Below are positions 13,648 to 25,622 of a stretch of 64,000 bases of DNA, piece by piece. A model generated the notes under the pieces. That model saw nothing but the letters and a program-made list of their open reading frames with translations, was not told where the DNA came from and ran no database searches. Every line of letters begins with the position of its first letter. The stretch's first letter is position 1. A program made the translations under genes and the position numbers. Source of the DNA: Mustelus asterias (taxonomy: Eukaryota); assembly GCF_964213995.1 (NCBI RefSeq), contig NC_135813.1, positions 13,764,001 through 13,828,000 on the forward strand. Direction: 5' to 3'.

Positions 13648-13941
13648 TTAAAGTTTATATATTAGTGTCCCAATTATCTTCATTAACACTGCAATGAAGT
13701 TACTGTGAAAGTCCCACACTCTTGAGCCTGTTTGGCTACACTGAGGGAGAACTTAGCATGGCCAATGCACCTAACCAGGATATCTTTCGGACTGTGGGAG
13801 GAAACCAGAGCACCCAGAGGAAACCCATGCAGACACATGAAGAACGTGCAGACTCCACACAGACAGTGACCAAAGCTGGGAATCAAACCCAGGTCCCTGG
13901 CGCTGTAAGGCAGCAGTGCTAACCACTGTGCCACCGTGCCG
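13648..13941 (-). mobile_element. tRNA-derived SINE (HE1/V-SINE-like), tail type B
   Basis: Head GGCACGGTGGCACAGTGGTTAGCACTGCTGCC with B-box GGGTTTGATTCC, the central V-SINE core, and tail GTAACTTCATTGCAGTGTTAATG. Confidence 0.85.
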
Positions 13942-15631
13942 CTCTGCTATAACAAAGTGATTAGCTAGCATAACTGAACTGAGCAACAATCCATCCATCC
14001 ACCATCTCAATCCCTCTGCCCAACTTGAATTACCCCTGACATAACCCAATTCCACCTCCTCCCCCAACCAAACCAACTCTCCTCTGACTGGACCATACTA
14101 CAACCCAACTAATTCCTGACCTGACCCAACTACGAGGGGGGTCTGGCTACCCACTCACTCAAAAATCTTTGAAACTTACCTGAATTTGACAGCTCATGCT
14201 GAAAAAAAGGGGACATGTCCTCTCTTCATCCTTCTTCTCCTAACCTTGCCACTCTTGCCCTGGAGTGTCTGTGCTGGCCCAATTCCGCTGCAACCAGAAT
14301 CAGAAGTCCCGGCTGAAAATGTGCAATATTGCCAAGACGCAGAAAACCAGGACACAGAAAACCTCACTGATAGCAACAATAATACCGCTGACCAGAAGAT
14401 CTGTGCCTCTATCTTTTCAAATGAATGATTCTAAAATTCCATTACCAAAATTCAAAGCAGAGTAGTTGTTCTGGCCAACACTCCTCTCTCAAAAAACCTC
14501 ACCACCAAGATCAAATTCAGTGCTGTATTTACAATTCCACTGTGCACAAAGACATTGCTACATTTGCCTGCATGGCAATGGTGACTGCACATCAAAGTAA
14601 TTCCTTGCATGTGGAGCAGTTTAGGATATTTCTAACAGATCACACCTAAACAGTAACCTGTCTTTTCCTCTTTCAGATGTTCAGCAGGCTACTACATTTT
14701 AATGCCCTTAAAACACATTTGAAACAAAAGGATCTTTCAAGTAGCGGACAGAGGAATGTCATGCATTAAGTGCACAAAAACATGGCATGCAAGGACAGCC
14801 ATAGGAAGCTGAATTTTGAGACTGCAGCTGAATCTGACTAGCTGTCACCAATCTAATGTCTGCAATCTATTGCATACTTATCGATTATTATATTTTTGAT
14901 TTGATGCTCACATCTCTCCATGGTTGTTGGCCATTTCAGTACTGTAAGTGGCTATTGCATGACAAAGTTAAAAAAAAACATACCTCCACTAAGAACAAGT
15001 GAACAAGCTAAAAACAGGTTGCAAACAAACCGGAATACTACAGTCCACCCACAAATAGGAGAGCGGTCTGCATTACATACTAAGTAGTAAAACCCAACAT
15101 AGCAATATCACAATGTATTTTTTTAAAAGTTAGGTAAAGCTCATCACCGCTCACTTACTTCCTTTATTTCTAAACTGTGACAATTCCACAACTGCAGTAC
15201 TGAAAATGTTCAAGAAGGAAGTAGTTGATACATTCATAGCAGGAAACATCATCTTCCTCTCACAAAGAAAATAAAATAAAACTTCACATCAGCTAACAGC
15301 TGTTGGATGCCTGACAGGCACAGCATTCTGGAGGTTTTGCTGCGCCTGTTGGCAGGGTAATCTGCTGGAATTTCTTGGCCCAAGCCATTTGCTTAACTCA
15401 ACAGCATTCCTGAAGAGCTCTGCCTCCTGATAGGGCCTTGCACCCAAATCAGGGACAGAGCAAGATTATAACTCTGTCTCTGAAGCTAGCAACAACACTT
15501 CTGGCCCCTGGCAGCAGGATCTAAATACCCAGATGCCCAAGGATCGTCAGAAGAGGGGAATATATTTCTAGCCTTCAGTGAACCTCCGGTGCTATTGATT
15601 TTCCGGGCGCTTCCAGGAACCTCAGAGATTC

Positions 15632-15959
15632 TTTTTTTTTTATACTTTTCCAATTCAATCAAATCAAATCCAATTCAGAGTCTCAACAAGTTGAGACATT
15701 TCCGATCCAGGCTGACAAGACAGGGCAGGCGACCAAACCACCCTGTCCTGGGCCCGATCTACATGAGCCAAGCTGATTGGAGAAGGGGGAGGTTCCTCCT
15801 CCAAGACTTGGGCTCATTTTCATCTTAGCCAAAAGGCCAAGATGCCGCTTTTAAAAATTGCTTCATATGAAACATATGAAGCCTCAGCGTAACCTAATGA
15901 CCTCAACCAAACTGATAAGAACAGATACTACACTTGATCTTAGCCAAAAGGCCGAGAAG
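15632..15959 (-). mobile_element. U2 snRNA-headed, polyA-tailed retroposed element (SINEU/Keno-like chimera)
   Basis: On the minus strand: U2 nt 5-55 (15959-15909), then ~265 nt of hairpin-rich body including a second U2-like motif (15845-15822), then an A10 tail (15641-15632). Confidence 0.75.
15909..15959 (-). ncRNA. U2 snRNA 5' fragment (pseudogenic; not a full U2 gene)
   Basis: Reverse complement is CTTCTCGGCCTTTTGGCTAAGATCAAGTGTAGTATCTGTTCTTATCAGTTT, identical to recalled vertebrate U2 nt 5-55 including the branch-point recognition GTAGTA. The Sm site and 3' half are absent. Confidence 0.92.
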
Positions 15960-17479
15960 AGTCTGTAGAGAGTTCTGACGTATGCCCTGCCACTTGTTCT
16001 TTTAGGCAAAGTCAGTAGGGTAAGGGTGGGGGGAGGTGCCGCTGACAGTACCCCTCCCACCTGATCTGCAAACTGGACCCATGCTGATTCCAGATGTAGG
16101 TCCAGTTCTGCCCACATTAGGAAGCGTTGGAAATCTTAGGGCAGCATAGAGAGACTGGAAGCTTGACGCAATGAGGCCGTTACTCATTTCCTCTTCGCCT
16201 GGGAACTGAGCATTCTTCTTAGCATAAAGAAAAGGACAATCTATCGAAAAGACGTCTAAATGCTGCAGTTTTACTTCTTGGAGATAAATAGTAACGATAC
16301 CCATTTCTACAACATTCAGTAGGCATCAACTCACCTTAAACATTTCTGCTTCAGGTTCTTGTGCACAGGCAGGACCTGTGTAATTGGTTCTGATTGCATC
16401 CAGTCGTATCCTCTGATTGATCTAATTGGTTCCACTAACTTTCAATCCTGCCCTACAAATGATCAGACCAGTTCTGGTAGATCCCAATCTAATTGATCGA
16501 TTCTGACAACCTCCAATTTCATTGAAAAGACTGATTTTCCTGGCAAAATGCTAACAAGCTGACACATGGAATGAAATGCTAACTGTCAGCTTGAAGTGTG
16601 ATGACTAACATGTACGCACCACTAATGTAATTCTGCACTGATCCAGCTGCATTTTCACTGTGCTTAAAAGGGGTTATTATCATAATATGTAAAACCAGGC
16701 ATCCTCACCCCTTTTATAAACGTTCATGGTTGTAACACCATTTTACAGCAACTGCCTGTTGCTAGTTAGTTCTCCAATTACAGAACTTACAAAGCACGCA
16801 CATTAGGAACAGAACAGTCATTTAATTTTTGGTGTCAAACTTTCTTTGGAGACAACAATTTTATTTAACTGTATTTTGACACAGCTTCCTCAATATGAAT
16901 GCTCATCTGCACACAGTCGTGCCAAAATCATCCATATATTTACTACAGTGGTCAAATAAGTCCGAACCTGTAGTCTTTCTGTGATCTTGCAGGTTAAACT
17001 GGATTTGGTTGGACATAGACAAGTGCCCACCAACTCTGTACACAATTTGGAACCAATACCACTCAATTTTCACTCCAAATCTTTCTCCTTATAATTAAGA
17101 ATTTCACAGTTTCAGTCATAGTTCTTCATTCTTTGCTGATCCGATTCACTAGTAATTCAAGAGGTGTCAAAGAGCACGAGCTTGATCAGCAATTTATACT
17201 CCAATTGGACAGAGCTTGGATCCAACAATCCTCGTTTAGGCTTGGGGTCAGTTCAGCAATGGTCCACTTTGACTCCTGAAGGCAACAAAGATTTCACTTG
17301 GAGTCAAACTGGCTCGATTTGGTTTTCTCACCTCAGTAATGCTGATCAGTTTTGAAGCCTAACAGTTCTAGTCTGGGTATGAACATACAGATAGTTAATC
17401 AAGGCCTTGCAGGCTGTAGGAAAAAAATATAAATCACCTGCCAAGCTTTTTGTAGTCATATTGAAAACACTTTCCAGTG

Positions 17480-17910
17480 TGAGAAGAAAAACCTTTCAAT
17501 TTTGTCAGACAGATTTTGAAGTAAGCCATAATCATCAATAGGCCCAAAGAAAGTGATGAGCCTTCTCACCTGGGCTCCGAGCGCAAGCCTCCAATTAAAG
17601 AAAAATTGTTTGTTTTTAATGGTCTTTTACACTGACAAGTGGGCAATCATTCCAGCACCGGTAGCTGTCAGGGATCCAGGAAAATCCTCAGTTGATAATG
17701 CCCAATGCTTCCAATTAGGAGCAGAGCCGCTCCTGGAGCGCTAACGATTCCCCAGTCTCCACAGGCCCTCGATCAGACTTTTACTGCAAATTACTGACAC
17801 AAAACAACTTGTATTGATGGCGGAACATGTCGTCCGTGGCTGCTGAGTTTAATGAGGCGATGGAAGTTTGGTTTTGCTGAATTTCTTTGTTTGACAGCTG
17901 CTTGGGAAGA
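17480..17910. promoter_or_regulatory. Candidate conserved non-coding enhancer in the presumed cfap77 intron
   Basis: Non-repetitive, locally CpG-retaining block with CAATTA/TAAT, TGACA(G) and CAGCTG motifs. Conservation is inferred, not verified. Confidence 0.4.
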
Positions 17911-18880
17911 GGAGTGTTGACCTTATAAAAGATTTAGTGATTCTCATTATATTCTGTCAAGTAGTAGAGTGATGTGTTTCTAAGTAATTTGCATCCAGGA
18001 TCCTTGTGCATATTTTTGCAGAGCATTTCTATATCAAAAAAGTAACTGTTGCAATCTTTCTGTCAGTTTATTTTAAAAAGTGTTTGTCCATAAGCTGCTT
18101 TGTCATGAAGTGGTGGGTGGGGGGGACGTGCAAGAAGGGGATAGAGGGATGTAAAAGAAAGAGTTGTATCTATGCTGTGGCCCACCTCTGAAAATGAACT
18201 CTATAGTTTCAGTTTTTCCTGGATATATTATAAAACTACCAACACATAGTGGCAGATGGCGTACACAGCAGGGAATACTGGTGATAAGAGTGGCTCTGTA
18301 TCTGTGACGCTTTCTGACACAAACCTGGACCACTTGCTGAACAAGACTGTAACTATAATAGGTTTTGTGGGTGTGATTATTTTTAACAAGTTGTCAACAG
18401 CTCTTGAGAGTTTGCTGATAATTTTTCAGGCCAACCTCCCTTTTGTTTGTTTTTCTGTATCTTGGAGAACACTGGATATCACTAGTCTGTGACACTCTTG
18501 CTGGCTTTTAGGGTGGGAAAGAAACGCAACAAAGGAGTGCAATTAGCGATATTAATCAAGATGTAATGTCTTCCTGTTGGCTATTTAAACCGTCAGTATA
18601 GTTTCTGCAATGGCCAAGCACATTGGTTCTTGAGCCTTTTTGTCTGCAGACCACTTACAAAAGATCCTGTAGACCACTGGTCCTTACCCCACTTGCCACC
18701 ACAAAAAGAGTCATGAAAACTAATGGGAGCTATAAATATTGTGCCTCTTTTTGCTACTGAATGTTAATAAATTTGTAAGATTTTTACGAAATATCACATG
18801 TAAATTATTAATCCAGAAACAAAAGTATGGACATTTCATAATTTTGTTTTAAGGTTAATGCTGTTAAAGGAGTGTTAAAG

Positions 18881-19180
18881 GGGTTGCATGGTGGTACAGT
18901 GGTTAGCACTGCTGCCTCACAGCACCAGGGACCCGGGTTCAATTCCTGGCTTGGGTCACTGTCTGTGCGGAGTCCGCATGTTCTCCCCCGTGTCTGTGTG
19001 GGTTTCCTCCGGGTGCTCCAGTTTCCTCCCACAGAAAGACTGCATTAGGTGCATTGGCCATGCTAAATTCTCCCTCAGTGTAACTGAACAGGCGCCAGAG
19101 TGTGGCAACTGGGGGATTTTCACAGTAACTTCATTGCAGTGTTAATGTAAGCCTACTTGTGACACTAATAAATAGACTTT
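18881..19180 (+). mobile_element. tRNA-derived SINE (HE1/V-SINE-like), tail type B
   Basis: A-box and B-box head, core, and tail ...GCCTACTTGTGACACTAATAAA. Confidence 0.85.
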
Positions 19181-19847
19181 AATGTTATGATCTTCTTCAA
19201 AACAAATACTCACCTGACATCTTTATTAATTAAATAAAATCAACACAAATGTTGCTTCTAAAACAACATTCTTTTGCTCACGCTTATAACAACTCATGCC
19301 ACGCACACAGGAGTTAGTGTTGTGTGACGTTACACAAGCGATGGGGATGAGTTCTCGACTGTTCTTTCATATAGCCTTGGCCATAGTATTGTGCGCCTGT
19401 GACTTGAATTTTGGAGCAGCCCGTGGAGGACCCTCATGGATCACCAGTGATCCACAGAGCAGACTTGGAGAATAACTGGTCAAGGACATTGTCACTGTGA
19501 TATGATTTGGGCAATATCACACAAAAGGTCTGAAAACCGCACAAGTTCATCACAGGTGTAGGTCAGTTTGGAGTATTTCAGTACTTTGTCCACGTTTTTG
19601 CAGGATAGATTATCTTTGAGAAATTCTACATTCCTCTCTAATTAACTCTGTATAGCTTTCCCATATTACTGTAAAGCACTTTGGAAAACGCTATAGAAAT
19701 GCATGTTTTTCTTGTCTGTCAAAAGTGAACATCTACATCTGTAGGTGTAACTTGCAGTGACAGGAAACTGTTAACAAATGTGATTTTGTTCATATTGGAA
19801 TGATAAATACTGAAATTTCATAATTTGAACTTCCTAAGATTTCAATG

Positions 19848-20644
19848 AAGGCAATCTTATTGGCTCGTCACACTGGTCAATCGGTGTGGTGAGCCGACAA
19901 GATTGAGAGAGGCAAGAAACCGGGTTTGCGTCAGGTTTCTTGCTTCTCACGATATTACCGGTCCTGGATTGCTGGCGCGATCAGCCTGGCGCTTGGGAAG
20001 GGTGCAAGGCTGATTTAAATATTCATTTGAATATTATTAGTGCGTCCTGCACACAATCGTATGGGCTCACTTGCCTTAATGGCCTCGCGGGTGGAAGTCC
20101 TTACTGGCAAGGATCACGTATGGTCTCCACCAATGGGGCACGGCCTCAGGGGAGGGGCAGGGCCATGATGGGGGCGGGGCCTAAGAGGAGGTAGGTGGGG
20201 GGATCGGCCAGAGTGGGGGGTATCGGGGCAACGATCAACCGAGGGTGGAGAGGCTGGGGGGGGGGCAGTGACAGGGGAAGGGGGCGATATCCGGGGGTAG
20301 TGGGGTAGTTGGGGAATTGGCCGGGGAAGCCAGCGATTGGTGGGGGGGGGAGTGCAATATCCAGGGGGGGTGGGGGGAGTGACAAATCTTCAGTGTTTTC
20401 AGTGTTGCACAGAACACTAAGAGATCTGCGCAAGCATGATAGCGCCCTTTAGCTGTGAGCAGCCGGCTTTCCAACGAGAATAGACTGCATCCATCCCTCC
20501 TATTGGCATGAATCAAACCTTGCCTCTTCTTTTGCACTAAGTGGCATAAGATCGTGTCTGAAAGCTCACTGAAAAAATGGCCACAATTCTCTCCCGTTTT
20601 AATGCTCATTCAGCAATTAGAATTTTTTTGGTAATATCGCCTCC
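19848..20644. mobile_element. Non-autonomous Harbinger-type element with G-rich interior
   Basis: Imperfect TIR-like ends GAAGGCAATCTTA / TAATATCGCCTCC. The GC/CpG-rich interior contrasts with the flanks. Confidence 0.45.
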
Positions 20645-21189
20645 TATGAGTTATTGTTTAAAACATTACAGGTAACTTATAAATTCCTCCAATTGTCAAA
20701 ATTCCTCAAATCCTAATACAAGTTTGTGGCTCTGTTGCCATCATTGACAAATTGGATTTCCAAACAAGAAATGGGAAATAGTAGAAAGGTCAATCCTCCA
20801 CATTAAAGATTATATTTAATAAGGTGTTGCAGCATTTTCCAAATTTAAAAAAATGATCACTGGGAAAGAGGAGTGAGTTAAGTTGCCTCACTGTACCGGT
20901 TCTGCAGACACTCCAATCTGTGTCCATCAGAATTTGTGTCCACTGTTTGGCCAACTATATAGAGTCAATTATATACAGTTACTGCAAGGCCAGAGCATCT
21001 TCACCGCAAAGACTGCATAGATTCAAGAAGGTGACTCACCCCCGCCACCTCTCAAGGTCAGTGACAGTGTCAGTGACACACTCATTCTGTGAATGGATAA
21101 AGTAAATCAGTTATACCTATCAGGAATTGCAGTACAGGCTGGGGCTCTTTTCTCTGGAAAAGAGAAGGTTGAGATGACATACTGATAAG

Positions 21190-23875
21190 TTATGGAGAGA
21201 TGCAAACATTATAGGTGTTTAATTATCCAAATATAGACTGGGACAGTGGGAGTGCAGAGGGTGAAGAGGGCCAAATGTTACTACATTGTTTTCAGGAAAA
21301 TCTTCTACAGCAGTGTGTCCAGTCCACAAGAAAGAATGCACTTTTGGACCTGGTTCTTGGAAATGAGGTGGGCCAAGTAGATCAAGTGTCAGTGGGGGAT
21401 TATTTAGGAAACAGTGATCATTGTATCATAAGGTTTAGGATAATGATAAAAAAAGGAGAATAGACAATCCAGAGTAAGAATAATTAACTGCGGAGAGTCA
21501 TCTTCAATGGGGCAAGAACGGAGCTGGGCCGGAAAGAGTGGAATGAAAGGTCAGCAGGAACAATTGTAGCAAAGGGCTACCTTTGAAAAAGAAATGATCC
21601 TGATACAGTCAAGGTATATTCCCTTAGAAGGGAAAGGTAGGGCAAACAAGTCCAGAGCTCCCCGGATGAAAAAGGAGGTAGAAATTAAGATTAAAAAGAA
21701 AAAAGTGTGATTCTGACAGGTGTCAGGTAGAAAATACAATTGGGAACAAAGAGGAATACAGAAGGTTCAGCGGGGAGTTGAAAAAGAATATTGGAGAAGC
21801 AAGGAGGGATTATGAGAAAAGGCTGGCAGCCAACATAAAGGGGAATTCCAAAGTCTTCTATAGGCATATAAAAAGTGAAAGGATGGCAAGAGGAATAGAG
21901 TCGATTAGGGAGCTAAAGGAAATTTACACATGGAGGCAGGGGGTGTGGCTAAGGTATTAAATGAATACTTTGCATCAGTCTTTACCAAAGAGGGAGATGC
22001 TACCCAGGCCTTGATGACAGAAGAAGGGTTCAAAATTGTTAAGGAGGAAATGTTGGATAGACTGTCAGTACTTAAAATTGACAAGGCACTGGGATGAGAT
22101 GCATCCAAAGATGTTGAAAGAAATGAGTGGAAATTGCATGGGCACTGGTCATGAGCATTCAGTCTTCCCTAGACTCAGACGAGGTGCCAGAGGACTGGAG
22201 GATTACAAATGTTACACCCTTGTTAAAAAAGGGCTGTGAGGATAAGCCTAGCAATTACAGTTTAACTTCAATGTTGGGGGAAACTTCTAGAAACGATTAT
22301 TTGGGGTAGACTCACATGAAAAACTGTGGGTTGATTAGGAAGAGCTTGGAAGAAGGATTTGTAAAGGGGAAATCATGTTTGACTAATTTGCTGGATTTTC
22401 AAGAGATAAAAGAATTGATGAGGGTAATACTGTTGATGTGGTGTAGATAGACTTTCAAAAGGCATTCGATACAGTGCCACACAACAGACTTGTGAGAAAA
22501 ATTATAACTCTTAGACTAAAAGAAACCATTGCAAAGTGGGACACAAAATTGGCTGAGTAGTAGGAAAAAGAGAGTAATGGTCAGTGGATATTTTTCAGGC
22601 TGGAGGAAGTCCTCAGGGGTCAGTATTGGACCTGTTGCTTTTTCTGATATATATTAATGATCCAGATCTTGGTACGCAGAGGACAATTTCAAAGGTTGCA
22701 GATGATATGAAACTTGGAAGCATTGTAAACTGTGAGGAGAACAGAACTTCAAAAGGATATGGGCAAGGTGGTGGAGAGGGCAAATAGATGGCAGATTAAG
22801 TTGAATGTGGAGAAGTGTGAGGTGATGCATTTTGGTAGGATGAACATGGGCAGACAATATAAAATAAGGGGTACAATTCTTAAGGGAGTGCAGGAGCAGA
22901 AGGACCTGAATGTACATCTGCTTTGATAATTGATAGTGGCAGGACAGTTGGAGAAAGCAGCTCGCCAAGCATGCAGTGTCCTGGGCTTTATTAATAGGTG
23001 CATAGAGTACAACAGCAAAGAGGTTATGCTGAAATGATACAAGACACTAGTTAGACCCTCAGCTGGAGTACTGTGTGCAGTTCTGTGTGCCACACTATAG
23101 GAAGGATGTGGATGCATTGCAAGAGTACAGAAGAGGTTTACAAGAATGGTTTCACGGGTAAGAAACTTAAATAACGAGGATAGATTGGAATTTTAATGCC
23201 CCGCCCGCTATGGGAATTGGAGCAGGCGAGGGGCGGACAATGGGAAGGTCCATTGACCTCGGGTGGAATTTTATGGTTTCGGGACGAACGAGGCCGTAAG
23301 ATCCCGCCCAGTGAGTGGTTCAGGTCTCGAATTCTCTGTGTTCTATGGAGCGAAGAAGGCTAAGAGAAGATTTGATAGCGATGTTCAAAATCATGAGGGG
23401 CTAGACAGAGCAGATAGGGAGAAACCGTTCCTACTCATAAAAGGACCATAAACAAAAGAGCAGCGATTTAAAGTGATTTGCAAAAGAAGCAAATGTGATG
23501 TGAGAAAAACTTTTTCACACAGTGGCCGGAATTTTATCGCCCCGCCCGCTATGGGAATTGGAGCAGGCGAGGGGCGGACAATGGGAAAGTCCATTGACCT
23601 CGGGTGGGATTTTACGGTTTCGGGACGAGCGAGGCCGTAAGATCCCGCCCAGTGAGTGGTTCAGGTCTCGAATTCTCTGCCTGGAAATGTGGTGGAGGCA
23701 AGTTCAATTGAGGTATTCAAGAGGGCACTGGATCAATATTTGAACAGAAACAATGTATAAGGTTACAGGGAAAAGGCAGGAGAATGGCACTGAATGATAA
23801 TGAGCACTTGGAGAGATGATGCAGACAAAATGGGCCGCATGGCCTCTTGTACGCCGTAACACTGTGATTCTGTGA
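21190..23875 (+). mobile_element. Degenerate CR1 LINE (ORF2 remnants) with MITE insertions
   Basis: FNYPNIDW, SDHCIIRF, VPEDWRITNVTPL, PQGSVL, ADDMKLG and LEYCVQF remnants with many frameshifts, plus a (CTGTGATT)n tail. Confidence 0.9.
23524..23650. mobile_element. Harbinger-type MITE with AGT TSD, inside a CR1
   Basis: cacac agt|GGCCGGAATTTTA...TAAGATCCCGCCC|agt gagtgg. Removing it restores the CR1 sequence. Confidence 0.8.
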
Positions 23876-24268
23876 TATGTGAATGAAAAATCTGACTTCA
23901 GAAAGTAGTGAAAAGGAAAACAGAGAATTCAAACAAAATGCCATCAAAACTTATCTTTTAAAGGGAAAAGTCAAACTTGACATTTGCTCATTAGTTAAAG
24001 AGCATTGTAGATCAAGGATGAACAATAAACTCCTACTGCCTGTATTAGCTGAATTAATGCTAATACTGATTATCTTTTTTGTAAATTTATGAACGACTAA
24101 ACAAGAAAAGTTTATATTGTAATTTGACTTGTTCCTTTCTTCCAACTATTGTATTAGACCACAGATCATGAGCTTCAAGTTTGAGGTTGGAGATTGCCTA
24201 TTTAGGCAGTCTAGCTTTTGAAACATTAACCAAATGGACAATTGCCTCTTTTGCTTTATTTTGTGCAG

Positions 24269-24391
24269 ATTGGACCTCATCTAGATACATTCCGGAGCAT
24301 TAAGGCTCGGCGAGCAGCTTTTGATGCTAATTGGTTGGATTCTGCTGCAAGGAGTGGCCCCCATGGACACGGTGTTTATGCCTTTGAATAA
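24269..24391 (+). CDS. cfap77: Cilia- and flagella-associated protein 77, terminal coding exon
   Basis: Acceptor ttttgctttattttgtgcAG, then IGPHLDTFRSIKARRAAFDANWLDSAARSGPHGHGVYAFE*. This resembles the recalled human CFAP77 C-terminus ([21 protein letters not shown]...RQG..RMGNY). CFAP77 lies immediately upstream of BARHL1 on the same strand in human. AATAAA overlaps the stop codon. No earlier exons were recognised in the window. Confidence 0.85.
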   Translation: MGPHLDTFRSIKARRAAFDANWLDSAARSGPHGHGVYAFE

Positions 24392-24884
24392 ACCAGAGCC
24401 TAAATTATCAGATTTCTTTAACTTGCAAAATAACTAGGATTGTAATTCTCCATTTTTTCAAATGTTCGAAATGTGTAATGATTTTAAATTAGAATTAAAT
24501 TCATCCTTTAGCTGTCTTGATTACATCTGTTGTCTTTGAATGTTCAACGCTAGATAATTCCTTCATACAGAGGGAATTTTATTTCTTGAAGCAGTGGGTG
24601 CTCGAGTGGTTAAATGCATTGCACTGGACCACCTAACCAATCTCTGCAATAAGAACAGGAAATGCTGGAAAAACCTAGCAGGCTTGGCTGCTTCTGTGGA
24701 GAGAGAAGCAGAGTTAACATTTCGAGTCCAATGCAACTCTTCTTCAGGACTGGAAGAGGTAGAAGATTAGCGCTGTCAGTTTGGAGAAAAGAAGATTGAA
24801 AATGGGGTGACAGTTTTGCAGAACACTTTAGCTCAGTCTGCTAGAATGATCCCATTCTTCTGGTCGCTTGCCATTGCAAGTCAT

Positions 24885-25033
24885 CATACAAAGAACAGTA
24901 CAGCACAGGAACAGGCCCTTCGGCCCTCCAAGCCTGCACTGATCACGTTGTCCTATCTAGACCAACCGCCTGTATCCCTCTATTTCCCGTCTGTTCATGT
25001 GTGTATCCAGATAAGTCTTAAATGTCGCTAACA
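24885..25033 (-). mobile_element. CR1 3' end fragment
   Basis: AAAGAACAGTACAGCACAGGAACAGGCCCTTCGGCCC, the same tail motif seen at 10058 and 12468. Confidence 0.7.
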
Positions 25034-25064
25034 TCTTACGTTAATCATCATCTAATCATCTTAC

Positions 25065-25622
25065 TCTCATGTCCACATGTCTGTTCTCAACCTGTTACCG
25101 TGTTCCAGAGAAGTCCACGGCAAGCTGGAGGGACAGCACCTCATCTTCCAATTAGACACTTTACAGCCGACCGGACTCAGCATTGAGTTCAACAAATTCA
25201 GACCATGGTTTTGATTTTCTTTTCCCTCAACTGCCAGTCTGTATCTTGTTTTCATTCTTTTGTTTACGGACAGCGCTGACCTTTATCCTCATATTAACAT
25301 GTACTCTGGACCAATGCTTTGTTCCTTTACTATAACCATTTGCTTTTTGTTCTGTGACATACTTGTCATTTAATCTCCCACATCCTCTAACTTATCTTGA
25401 CCCTATCTTTTGCTCCACTTGGCTCTCCACCATCCCCCCTCTGCTTTTATCAACAGCATAAAACCCATAATTTCTACCTCTTCAGCTCCAAAGAAGGATC
25501 ACATTGAACTCAAAATGTTAGTTCTGTTTATTTTGCCACAGATGCTATGAGACTTGTTTAATTTTTCCAGCATTTTCTGCTTTTATTTCAAATCCCCAGT
25601 ATCGAACATTATTTTGCTTTTA
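25065..25622 (+). mobile_element. Degenerate Penelope 3' fragment
   Basis: KLEGQHLIFQLDTLQPTGLSIEFNKF (GIY-YIG domain C-terminus) followed by the terminal repeat motif. Confidence 0.7.

Noticed and set aside
15909-15959. Functional U2 snRNA gene
   Set aside because: Only nt 5-55 are present. There is no Sm site, 3' stem-loops or recognisable PSE.
15150-16540. Possible minus-strand exons (GTAAGT/GTGAG donors near 15155 and 16333)
   Set aside because: The translations are unrecognised and the acceptors are weak. A lncRNA cannot be excluded but is unsupported.
18650-18717. Possible upstream cfap77 exon (PVDHWSLPHL)
   Set aside because: Similarity is superficial, and the frame ends in a stop without a donor.
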